Part shown: piece by piece, positions 55,493-64,000 of the stretch
Layout of the letters: each line of letters begins with the position of its first letter
Numbering within the stretch: position 1 is the stretch's first letter
Assembly: GCA_038887295.1 (NCBI GenBank)
Contig: JAWAKW010000001.1
Coordinates: 100,795-164,794, forward strand
DNA: 64,000 nucleotides
Reading direction: 5' to 3'
Source of the DNA: Candidatus Anstonellaceae archaeon
Lineage (GTDB): Archaea; Micrarchaeota; Micrarchaeia; Anstonellales; Anstonellaceae
Notes under the pieces: generated by a model
The model's database searches: none
Seen by the model: only the letters and a program-made list of their open reading frames with translations
What the model was told of the DNA's origin: nothing
Program-made: the position numbers and the translations under genes

Positions 55493-56820
55493 ATCATCTG
55501 CCCAAGCTTGCTTATATCTACTTCTTCCCCAAGCAAGTGCGCAACACCCCGCGCAACCGCAGCAATCACTATGAAATTGACTGCTGCAAAAAATACTACT
55601 GTGATAAATATTAATCCATTAGCGCGTATAACCATATCTAAAGACGCAGGCACAAATGGAAGGTCTGCAGTCAAACCTCCAAGGCCAAATTCAATTCTGT
55701 GGCCAGAGACAAGCGACTCTTCATTGTAGCATGCTTGAGACGGAGCACACATTACATTAGATGGTAAATCCTTATAGGAAAATATCTCTACCCCCTTGCA
55801 TCCACATGCATTAAATGATATGAGGCTTTGTGTGTTTGCCATCCCAGGCGCAATTGAAGCGTTTATCACCAACATTGTCGGGTACATGATATAAAGTGAA
55901 ATGCAGATTGCAACAAGTGCCCCTGCAAATTGCCTCATAAAAGGCAAAGAGCGCAATACAATCGCAATCGGAAGAAAAATTAAAAACAAGCCGTTGAGTA
56001 TATATTGAAGTACAAAATACTCAAATGCAGCAGTCAGATACGAAATGGTTGCTGTGTTTGCAAGGTTGTTAACTATTGCAAGATTTAAGGTCTCACCGCC
56101 ATGGGTTGCCTCATTATAACCTGCAAGTGAAATAAAGCAAGAGCCTTTGCAAACCATTTTTGTATATGTAGTCCTAATCTCATAGGCACCTGCCAAATAG
56201 CGCGAAGTTCGCAAATTGGAATGTGCTACATCCATCAGCTTTTCCAAATAAATTATGCTGCCATCATAAATCGATTTTGTCTGGTAAGGTTCGTATATTT
56301 TTGGCAGCCGGGTAAATATCGAAGCAATCTCCCCTATTTGCAGGGTGCAGAAAAGTTGGATAGTCCCAAAAACCACTCCGACAATGATGAGACTTGTAAA
56401 AATTTGCGCTGCCTCAGTTTTTGCCCAAGTAGTAAGTCTTGGATTTTGGATTGCTTCTCCTGCCATATAACCCAATGCTACTATAATTGCAGTTGCAATA
56501 GCTGCCAATGCGGCAAGCCAAAAGGTTTCGCTTGTACTAGACGCGCCACAGATTGGAGCAGACGTAGCAGTGCATACTGCATCAGGCGAGCCTGCAGGCT
56601 CACACTTGACATCGGGTGCCCCACAGCATCTGTTTGGGGTAGCGGCACACTTTGAGCCCAACGAAAGGCATTCTTTGCATGTAGGAGGATAGGAATTTAT
56701 GTCGCAAAAAAGAGCAGGGCAGCAAGGTTCTCCCTGGCATCTTTCACCCAAAGTTGCACACTCTGCCCAGATGCTTTGTGCAAAAGCCATCACAATAACA
56801 ACTAATGCAAAAAGCTTCAT
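55489..56820 (-). CDS. CedA/VirB6-like membrane protein with two N-terminal knottin-like modules (paralog 5)
   Basis: Signal peptide; two C-x6-C-xn-CC-xn-C-xn-C units; GYMAG...AKTEAAQ; FLPIAIVLRSLPFMRQFAGALVAICISLYIMYP; LGEEVDIS tail. Confidence 0.7.
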   Translation of the reverse strand: MKLFALVVIVMAFAQSIWAECATLGERCQGEPCCPALFCDINSYPPTCKECLSLGSKCAATPNRCCGAPDVKCEPAGSPDAVCTATSAPICGASSTSETFWLAALAAIATAIIVALGYMAGEAIQNPRLTTWAKTEAAQIFTSLIIVGVVFGTIQLFCTLQIGEIASIFTRLPKIYEPYQTKSIYDGSIIYLEKLMDVAHSNLRTSRYLAGAYEIRTTYTKMVCKGSCFISLAGYNEATHGGETLNLAIVNNLANTATISYLTAAFEYFVLQYILNGLFLIFLPIAIVLRSLPFMRQFAGALVAICISLYIMYPTMLVINASIAPGMANTQSLISFNACGCKGVEIFSYKDLPSNVMCAPSQACYNEESLVSGHRIEFGLGGLTADLPFVPASLDMVIRANGLIFITVVFFAAVNFIVIAAVARGVAHLLGEEVDISKLGQMI

Positions 56821-58640
56821 CCTATTCTCACCAACCCAGACAAATCTATCTCGCTGCCAAGCACTTTGGCAATGGATGCAATGAACCCAAGAGTTATTAT
56901 GAGGCTAATTATCGAAGTAAAAATTACCTTAACTAGGACAACATAAGTAAGATAGTCTGCTACTGAAGAATGGCTTAGCGCCATAGCGTAGTTTTGGAAC
57001 TGCTCCCTTGAAACAGATATATCCTTTTCATAAGGGTCGCAGGTTAATCCTGAAGGAATACTGGTAGATTGAGGAATAGGCAAAACATCATCCTGTTCTG
57101 CAAGAAGTTTGATCCCTGCCAATATCACCAATGGATAAACAGTGTAAAAGCCAAAACCTATTGCGATCAGAGCCCCGCCTCCCTGCCTGGTGGGTTTGAA
57201 ACATCTGAAAAAAAGGCCCAGAGGTATAAGCAAATTGAAGCCAAAATTTGCCCCCCAAGTAAGCAGAAATTGTTGAGCATACACATCTATCATGCCTGCA
57301 AGCACCGCAAACGACGCCGAAGTCAAGGTTCCCCTGAAAGCGTTAAGCGGGCTGCAGTTTACCAATGTAAAGCCAACTCCAAGCATGCTGCAATATATAC
57401 CTTTTGAGGCTTCCTTTGCTACACGGCTGTTCGCATCCTGAATCTGCAAAAGTATATTTTGTACTCCCAAAGAAGAAAGGCTGTTGTATGCAACGGTATA
57501 TATTTGGTTTGTTCCTGTAAGTGGAATGCTGGTGTCTCCAGAGATTGCAGAAAGAGAGGCAGTAAGATAATCATTTATCATATAAGTAATCCCCACAAGC
57601 AGAAGCGCAACAATCCCGCTAGCAAGCACTTGAAACAGTTCATCCTTTATTATTTCCCCCCAGTGTTGTATTCCAAAAGCCTTGGAAAACATATAGGCAA
57701 TTGCAAGTACTGCCAAAGCAACCAAAAGCGCATAGATGATATATTGAAGATAGCTTCCTGCTGGAAGAAGCTGTGGGGGAGGATAGGGCTTCACCTCTGC
57801 AGGCTCGGACCAGTCTGATTCATTGCATTCCGTGCCAATGCAATTTCTTGTCTGAAGATAAATCTGCTGTCCAGGCATGCAATTTTCTGCAGCGCAGTTG
57901 AAGCTTTCGAGAATCCCATTCCATGCATAGGGCATATCATTTATTTTCCATCGATAGTCTGTTGCAGTGCATCCAGAGACACAATCAACAATGCCATCAG
58001 GAAGGACTTCAATAGGTGCTATTTGTGGTTTTTGTGGCTTGGTTGGATGTCGCCTTTCGCATCTGTTAGTATTTGGGTTGCAAATATAATTTTGGCAACA
58101 ATCATCATTGCTAGTGCAAGATTCACTTGAGCTTTCATTTAGGCAACATTTCCCGCTTTGGCAGTTTTTGCTGCAGCATTGCACACTTTGGGTGCATTGG
58201 GTGTTTTTTGTATAGCATACGACACATACTCCACTTTGGTTGCAGAAGAGACCTGCACAGCATCCGTCAACACCAGGAAATTGATTGCAGCCATATACAT
58301 TTTCTGGAATGCAAGAGCTGCAAAACCCATTATAGCATTTAAGCCCGCTACAACACTCATTATCTGAAGCACACGACTGCCCGCTGCTCTTGCATTGCGG
58401 AACACAGACATTTTGGCTGCATTTTCCTGAGCAGCACTGACTATCTTCAGTGCAGGATGAGCCTAACGGACCGCAGCCGCTACCACCTCCTCCATACTCT
58501 CTGCAGTTACTTATACACTCCTGTATACATGTTTCACCCCGGCCTTCGCATATGTCCTCGCATTGATCACAAGGTACAGACACATCAGCAAATACCATGA
58601 TTGACAGTACAAGCATTAGTGCAATCAAAAGCATTCTCAT
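56817..58640 (-). CDS. CedA/VirB6-like membrane protein with five knottin-like repeats (paralog 4)
   Basis: Signal peptide; five six-Cys repeats at aa 56-194; AYMFSK...IKDELFQ; LIPLGLFFRCFKPTRQGGGALIAIGFGFYTVYP; LGSEIDLS tail. Confidence 0.7.
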   Translation of the reverse strand: MRMLLIALMLVLSIMVFADVSVPCDQCEDICEGRGETCIQECISNCREYGGGGSGCGPLGSSCTEDSQCCSGKCSQNVCVPQCKSSGQSCASDNECCSGLKCYNGFCSSCIPENVYGCNQFPGVDGCCAGLFCNQSGVCVVCYTKNTQCTQSVQCCSKNCQSGKCCLNESSSESCTSNDDCCQNYICNPNTNRCERRHPTKPQKPQIAPIEVLPDGIVDCVSGCTATDYRWKINDMPYAWNGILESFNCAAENCMPGQQIYLQTRNCIGTECNESDWSEPAEVKPYPPPQLLPAGSYLQYIIYALLVALAVLAIAYMFSKAFGIQHWGEIIKDELFQVLASGIVALLLVGITYMINDYLTASLSAISGDTSIPLTGTNQIYTVAYNSLSSLGVQNILLQIQDANSRVAKEASKGIYCSMLGVGFTLVNCSPLNAFRGTLTSASFAVLAGMIDVYAQQFLLTWGANFGFNLLIPLGLFFRCFKPTRQGGGALIAIGFGFYTVYPLVILAGIKLLAEQDDVLPIPQSTSIPSGLTCDPYEKDISVSREQFQNYAMALSHSSVADYLTYVVLVKVIFTSIISLIITLGFIASIAKVLGSEIDLSGLVRIG

Positions 58641-61600
58641 ATTATCCTACTCAGACCAGGTATATCAATATCTCCTCCTAAGGTGGAGGATAATACCCTT
58701 ACAAACGAAATTACCATAACAATAGAAAATAGTGGAAGAACAACCGCAGGAATCATCAAAACTCCAATATTTCTTACATCAACCGCACCCGTTGCAGAAC
58801 CAGGCAATGAAAGCAGCAATTCATCTACACTTGCTGTATCAGATGTAAGATCTTCTTGGCTACACACTTCAGCGCAATCAGTGCGCAAGGGTGGTTCATA
58901 AAGGCAATCATACGGGCAATCAAAGCATCCGTCACAGATACGGGCTGGGACAGGCGGCAAAGCACAACTTTGTTGCTGAGACGAACAGCTCACATAATTG
59001 CAATAGATTTCAGGCATAGGGTCTTGGTTGAGTCTCCTGCAGAGTACTGGGCAATCAAAATAAGGTAAAGAAGTTGGAATATAGCTTCTGCATTCTTGTG
59101 GTCCCCCTGACCTTTTGAGTGGAATGTCTACTCTACATTCGTTAGGGCAAGCGGCAAGGCTGCAGTCAACTTGTAAAGTCTTTATCTCCATATCCTTTAT
59201 CCGCCAATTTTCTGGGCACTGTTTGCATGAATCTATTTCGTTAAACGGATATTCTCGCTGTCCTATAGGTATGCGAACACTGCCTTTGTTTAACCATTCG
59301 CATTCTGTTCCTCTTGAGCGGCAATCTTCTTCTGAAGAAGCACCACCACACTCCCCGCTTGAGAAGTAATTTGATGTGTTATAACAACCCCACTCACCAA
59401 TTAAGTCACGGTTTCCTAAATATTCACTACATACTAATCCAGTTGCAGGGGGGATCCTTACTTTGCAAGAATCAGAGCAATTTTCAGATGCGCATCCCAA
59501 ACTGCTGCACCATAAAGCAAGCAATCCACTCCTAGAATATCCGTATTTGTCAGTTCCCTCAAATTTTATCCGGCATTCAATAGGACATTTGCGGCACTGC
59601 CCTATTTCTCCAGAGGCAAAGTCATAATCTTGACATTCTGGATTGGTTTGGCTATTCGGAACTTGGATCACTCGTTTGCATGCATCACTGCAAGAAGAAC
59701 AGTCTATAGTTTCTCCGTTTCTTTCAGCATAAAAGTTTGAGTTAAAAGCTGGCGGCCCAAAGTAATCAATATTTTCAGAAGAATTTTTATGTAAAAGCAG
59801 AATTCTTACTTCCTCTGGACAGTTCCTACAATATCCTGCTTGTCTATCAAACATATTTGATATCCTGCAGGTTGGCGGGCCCTTCTGAGGCCTACATTGG
59901 TTTTGGCATGCAGACACGGAGCAGTTAACTCCTTCGGCTGCGCATTCCACTGGAATCCCGCCTTCACGCTCAACTGCAGAATATTCGGTTATGAACGAAT
60001 AATCGTTGAATCTGCACATTTCAGGACAATCTGTGCAATTTGTAGATATGTAATTTTTCTGAGGATAAGGATAGCATGCGGGAGTTTCATCAAAAAGAGG
60101 ATTTGAAGGGATTCGGATTCTGCATTCCATTGGGCACTTACTGCAGGCTTCTCTTATTTGCTGATTGTTGCTGCAATAATTTTGCATGAAGTTTTGAATG
60201 TCGTATTTATCAAGCTGGCTGCCCCAGTTTACTCTGCATGGTTTTGGGCAGGACCCGCATACAGATGGGCTTTCACAATCAAAGGTTTCGCCTATCTTGC
60301 TTACATAAGAGCATTCCAGCGGACATCTGTTGCATGCATCGTTTGGAGCCTCTTTACAAAGTTTTTCATCTTTTCTTACAAGCTCCACACTACCGTCAGG
60401 ATTCACTTTTTTAAGAAGACACCAATTCGGGCAGTCTTTGCATACAGTGCAATCTACTGTCAACTTTGCAGCTACTGCATTCCCATCAGATTTGACATAG
60501 CATTTGTTTTCAAATGGAATACTGGCTTTGCATCCTTCCTGACAAAGGCTGGCCGGGCATTTTGAAGCACAATCGGTTCTAATTCTCATTACTTTACATC
60601 CAGGATTGCACTGGGCACAAGCTACAGGGTCGCATTTTGGCTTATTTCTTGGAAATGGAACCTCTCTGCATTCTTGGGGGCAACCGCTACAATCATTCTG
60701 AATACCATCCAACTCTTCACAAGCAACCAAGCCAGGAAATTCAGCTTTTCCATCTCCATTTATGTCCCCTGTCGCCCAATTGGTTGCATTTATGCCTGCA
60801 CGCTTCAAATCTTCTTTCGTTTTGAAGAGTATCAGCCCTCCAGTTGTATTGTTTATATAAAATGCAACAGGCGGAGAAAGTTTGCACTCAGCAGGGCAAT
60901 TTTCAGAGTCCTGCCCAACGCGCTCACCGTACACACTGATTTGGAGAGTGTACCAAGCAAACGCATATGTTAAAGGATAAACTACGAATATCGAGATTCC
61001 TATTGCAAGCAATAGCCCACCTAATCTTCTTGAAAAGAAAAAGGTGCGAAGCAATATCCCTAAAAGAAGAAGTATCGGAGCAAGCGCAAAGGCAACCACC
61101 TCTATAAAGTAGCGCTGTGCGTATATGCTTGCAAGCATCCTGGTTGCGTTCTCAAAAATTATTCCTGCCCTTTCTGCCTCAATTGATCTTCCTGCATTTG
61201 GCCGAATAACTACGCTTGCATAAGCCATCATTGCAACGTTTGCAACTGTATTTACACCAAGATTGGCAGACTTTTGTTCTTTTATGCTTTTTTTCAGCGC
61301 ATCCTGAGCATAGGTTGAACCTATCTTGTAAATGCTGTCAAGATAAGTTTTGGCAGCAGTGATATAGCAAGGTTCTGCGCCACTACAAACTATAGGAAGA
61401 TTGCTTGAAGCCACAACTGCACTTGAAATCTGGTCAAGGAAAATTATCACTCCGATTATGCTCAAAATTAATATTGCTGAAACAAATGCCTGTCCAAGTT
61501 CAATATCCACAAATGCCTTTATTTCATTTAAATTGAATGCATAGCCAACCATCGCAGCAATCGCAATTAGAAGGATTGCAATCATCACTCCTGTCAACGC

Positions 61601-61933
61601 AGAAAACTTCCAATCTGAAAACCATCCAGCCTGATATACCCCGCTTGTTTGCCCAATAGCACTTCCTTTTGTCCTGTTCCCTTCTTCAAGTGCTGTTATC
61701 ATCTGTGTGATATTCTTCTGAGGTAAATAAGGCACAGATGGCTGATATACATATTCCCATTCAGAAGGGAAAAGCTCACAAATAAGGGATGGTGGCTGGG
61801 TACATTTTCCTGAAGCCAAATCGCATATTAGAGGCGACACGCAATCTGAATTCTGGTTGCATGGCTGTGCGTATGAGCTTGCAGCAGAAATTGCCGGCAA
61901 AACCAAAATGAAAATCAAAAATTGCTTCATCAT
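58637..61933 (-). CDS. CedA/VirB6-like membrane protein with ~690-aa CxxCP-repeat loop (paralog 3)
   Basis: Signal peptide; AMVGYAF...VDIELGQ; LLGILLRTFFFSRRLGGLLLAIGISIFVVYP; long Cys-repeat insert; LGGDIDIP tail; start moved to ATG 61933 (GGTG SD). Confidence 0.72.
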   Translation of the reverse strand: MMKQFLIFILVLPAISAASSYAQPCNQNSDCVSPLICDLASGKCTQPPSLICELFPSEWEYVYQPSVPYLPQKNITQMITALEEGNRTKGSAIGQTSGVYQAGWFSDWKFSALTGVMIAILLIAIAAMVGYAFNLNEIKAFVDIELGQAFVSAILILSIIGVIIFLDQISSAVVASSNLPIVCSGAEPCYITAAKTYLDSIYKIGSTYAQDALKKSIKEQKSANLGVNTVANVAMMAYASVVIRPNAGRSIEAERAGIIFENATRMLASIYAQRYFIEVVAFALAPILLLLGILLRTFFFSRRLGGLLLAIGISIFVVYPLTYAFAWYTLQISVYGERVGQDSENCPAECKLSPPVAFYINNTTGGLILFKTKEDLKRAGINATNWATGDINGDGKAEFPGLVACEELDGIQNDCSGCPQECREVPFPRNKPKCDPVACAQCNPGCKVMRIRTDCASKCPASLCQEGCKASIPFENKCYVKSDGNAVAAKLTVDCTVCKDCPNWCLLKKVNPDGSVELVRKDEKLCKEAPNDACNRCPLECSYVSKIGETFDCESPSVCGSCPKPCRVNWGSQLDKYDIQNFMQNYCSNNQQIREACSKCPMECRIRIPSNPLFDETPACYPYPQKNYISTNCTDCPEMCRFNDYSFITEYSAVEREGGIPVECAAEGVNCSVSACQNQCRPQKGPPTCRISNMFDRQAGYCRNCPEEVRILLLHKNSSENIDYFGPPAFNSNFYAERNGETIDCSSCSDACKRVIQVPNSQTNPECQDYDFASGEIGQCRKCPIECRIKFEGTDKYGYSRSGLLALWCSSLGCASENCSDSCKVRIPPATGLVCSEYLGNRDLIGEWGCYNTSNYFSSGECGGASSEEDCRSRGTECEWLNKGSVRIPIGQREYPFNEIDSCKQCPENWRIKDMEIKTLQVDCSLAACPNECRVDIPLKRSGGPQECRSYIPTSLPYFDCPVLCRRLNQDPMPEIYCNYVSCSSQQQSCALPPVPARICDGCFDCPYDCLYEPPLRTDCAEVCSQEDLTSDTASVDELLLSLPGSATGAVDVRNIGVLMIPAVVLPLFSIVMVISFVRVLSSTLGGDIDIPGLSRII

Positions 61934-61937
61934 ATCT

Positions 61938-62861
61938 CTACACCGCAATTGTTCTTAAAGCTTTAGAGATGGCATTCACACAGGTTATCAGCACCACCAA
62001 CACAAGATTTGGGATGAAAATTGCCTGTGGTAAAGTGGAGGAGAGTCGATAAAGAAGGCTATCTTTTCCAGTCCCATCTCCAAAAGCTTGTTTGTCTTCA
62101 AACGAATGCCCCGCAATCTGATATGGATTTTGCATGATTTTTGCATACGTGTGCGCGCTTAAAGCATAAACCGAAGGAACAATTATGTATAGCCCGAAAA
62201 AAAGCGCAATCAAAATATTGCCATATTCGCGGGTCATTGGAAATATCCTCATGACAAACGCAAATGGCAAAAGCACAGCGGCACCTACAAACTCCACCAT
62301 TGAAAGGAGATATTTTTGTGCATTTAGGCTTGCAATTATCGGAATATAAAGATCTATTAGAAATTCTTTATGTGATGAAATTGCTCTCCATGCGGCCATA
62401 TGAGCCATCCCATAACCTTGATAAGGAGTAAATCCTACAAAAAGATAAGCAGTTGCATCAAGCTGATTGCCATAGCTGGAATAGACCAGCTCGCGCACTA
62501 TTGCAAGCCCATTATTTACAAGCAAAGAATTTATGTAAGCATATGAAGCTTCGAATGGGCTTTTGCCGATGTATTCCACTGCCAAGCGGCAAGACCCAGT
62601 GAAAAATGTAAGTAAGCCAACAAGCAGTACAATGGTAACTAGCAAATTCTGCGCCTCATCCTTTGCATAAGTTTCAGCCTTTATATTGTGCGCAAGCTTG
62701 CCATACATGTAAGCAATGCTTATGATAAGGGACGCAAGCGCAAGTGCATAACCTATGAATGGAAGAGCATCCGGATGGAAATTGCTTATCTCACATACAT
62801 CTGCATAATTGGCTGCAGCAACAGCAGGCACAAGCAATGCTACAATAAAAACAACATTCAT
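61938..62861 (-). CDS. CedA/VirB6-like membrane protein, minimal form (paralog 2)
   Basis: AYMYGKL...AKDEAQN; LLPFAFVMRIFPMTREYGNILIALFFGLYIIVP. Confidence 0.7.
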   Translation of the reverse strand: MNVVFIVALLVPAVAAANYADVCEISNFHPDALPFIGYALALASLIISIAYMYGKLAHNIKAETYAKDEAQNLLVTIVLLVGLLTFFTGSCRLAVEYIGKSPFEASYAYINSLLVNNGLAIVRELVYSSYGNQLDATAYLFVGFTPYQGYGMAHMAAWRAISSHKEFLIDLYIPIIASLNAQKYLLSMVEFVGAAVLLPFAFVMRIFPMTREYGNILIALFFGLYIIVPSVYALSAHTYAKIMQNPYQIAGHSFEDKQAFGDGTGKDSLLYRLSSTLPQAIFIPNLVLVVLITCVNAISKALRTIAV

Positions 62862-62863
62862 TT

Positions 62864-64000
62864 TTACACCAATTTGCTTAAGCCATAAAGCTGCGGCTCT
62901 CCTCCAAAATAAATTATGAAATTCCTTGCTGCAACCACACCTATTATTATCGGAAGTAAGGAGAAAACTAAAGCAAGCACCCCATACATGCTTGTTGCTG
63001 GAAGAGTATACTCTGTTACATTGGCTATGGCCGCATTAATATTAACATAACTATAAAGTGAAAGAAAGGGATACATCATCATGCTAAAGCCTGCCTTTGC
63101 AATAGCAAATACATTCCTTACATCGGCCCAGCATTGAGTTAGTGGGTAACCCGTAGTCACCTGAAGCACAGGGCATATCAACAAAGCCCATCCGTTTTCC
63201 CCACTTAGAATAACCCCACCAAATCCTCCAATCAAACTTCCGATCGACCCACCCACAGTTGAGGAGATAGCAGACACCACAACTCCAAGAGGGCTTTGGA
63301 TGAAGGCTTGCATTGAGGGGTCACATACAAAATTTGTAAGCGGTGGATTTGTAATGTCTGGCAACACATTAATGCCTTCTATGTATTGTACAATGTGCGG
63401 GGAAAAGGTGGAATAGATTTCATGAGAAATTGCAAACGAGGCAGGATAGATCACGGAAGCTGCAATCGAAGCCCCTAGAATGGTTCCGCCTATCTTTCTT
63501 GTAAGTGAAAAGCACCGCAAAAAAATACCTACAGGCAAAAAAATTGCAGCAGTGTTGACAAAGAAGATTACAAATGATTTTTGCGCAGACAAAAATAGCA
63601 GATAGTTTGCAATTCCATCCATTGCAAAGCCTAATTCTGCAATCAATGGTGCAAATCCTGCACCAGGGGTCTGAGTAAAGCTTGTGCTTACTAAATGGAG
63701 ATTCAACCCGGCAGTATAAGTATATGAAGCATATCTTGCGACATTGAAATAAGCTGTTGCAAGCTTAAGATAAAGTGTCCTCCCATCCTCTCTTATTTTT
63801 GAAATAGCATCCAAGGCGTACTGCCCTGCACCCATCTGCTTGCCTGAAAGAAAACTTGCTGCAGCATCTGCACTTGCAATCATTCCGACACAAAATACTG
63901 CAATCAGAACTCCTGCGAAAAGCTCCTGAAGCTCCACTTTAGTCCATGCCTCAAGCAACTTAAGCTCAAAAAAAGAGCCTATCATGTATGCAATTCCAAT
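62864..64000 (-). CDS. 5'-truncated CedA/VirB6-like membrane protein (paralog 1)
   Basis: Frame is open to the window edge (IGIAYMIGSFF), so the track ATG at 63985 is internal; WTKVELQE; FLPVGIFLRCFSLTRKIGGTILG..IYP; FGGEPQL tail. Confidence 0.7.
   Translation of the reverse strand: MGIAYMIGSFFELKLLEAWTKVELQELFAGVLIAVFCVGMIASADAAASFLSGKQMGAGQYALDAISKIREDGRTLYLKLATAYFNVARYASYTYTAGLNLHLVSTSFTQTPGAGFAPLIAELGFAMDGIANYLLFLSAQKSFVIFFVNTAAIFLPVGIFLRCFSLTRKIGGTILGASIAASVIYPASFAISHEIYSTFSPHIVQYIEGINVLPDITNPPLTNFVCDPSMQAFIQSPLGVVVSAISSTVGGSIGSLIGGFGGVILSGENGWALLICPVLQVTTGYPLTQCWADVRNVFAIAKAGFSMMMYPFLSLYSYVNINAAIANVTEYTLPATSMYGVLALVFSLLPIIIGVVAARNFIIYFGGEPQLYGLSKLV

Noticed and set aside
45845-64000. 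Integrated conjugative element or provirus
   Set aside because: No integrase, relaxase, transposase, capsid gene or att repeat seen; the terminal gene overlaps the rRNA processing stem.

Overview
Gene-dense archaeal chromosomal segment. The informational genes (cdc6, rpoE', spt4, rps26e/rps28e, rpl24e/rpl7ae, long PheS, RPA, split GuaA) and the 23S rRNA are clearly archaeal. The repertoire, the stand-alone 23S and the pilin types suggest a DPANN organism, probably Micrarchaeota (inference, not a database result). Positions 1-42 kb are mostly housekeeping: archaeal lipid enzymes, a complete sufC-sufB-sufD-sufS-sufU operon with a Cys-rich HTH regulator, DNA repair, GMP synthase, PEP carboxylase, an intron-containing tRNA-Leu(CAA), type IV pilins, a lone VirB2-like pilin and surface proteins. 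A 23S rRNA unlinked from 16S (about 42.9-45.8 kb) carries a ~46-nt hairpin insertion next to the P-loop. The standout is an >18-kb tightly coupled minus-strand operon (45.8-64 kb, running off the window). It encodes six tandem paralogous CedA/VirB6/TrbL-like membrane proteins with swappable Cys-rich (knottin-like and CxxCP-repeat) ectodomains, a 1356-aa Cys-rich lipoprotein-like protein and a 1486-aa membrane-anchored coiled-coil protein. This is a candidate uncharacterised cell-contact/transfer apparatus. A seventh paralog lies at the start of the window. Many ORF-track starts were moved downstream to the more plausible codon. All homology calls are from motif recognition, not searches.
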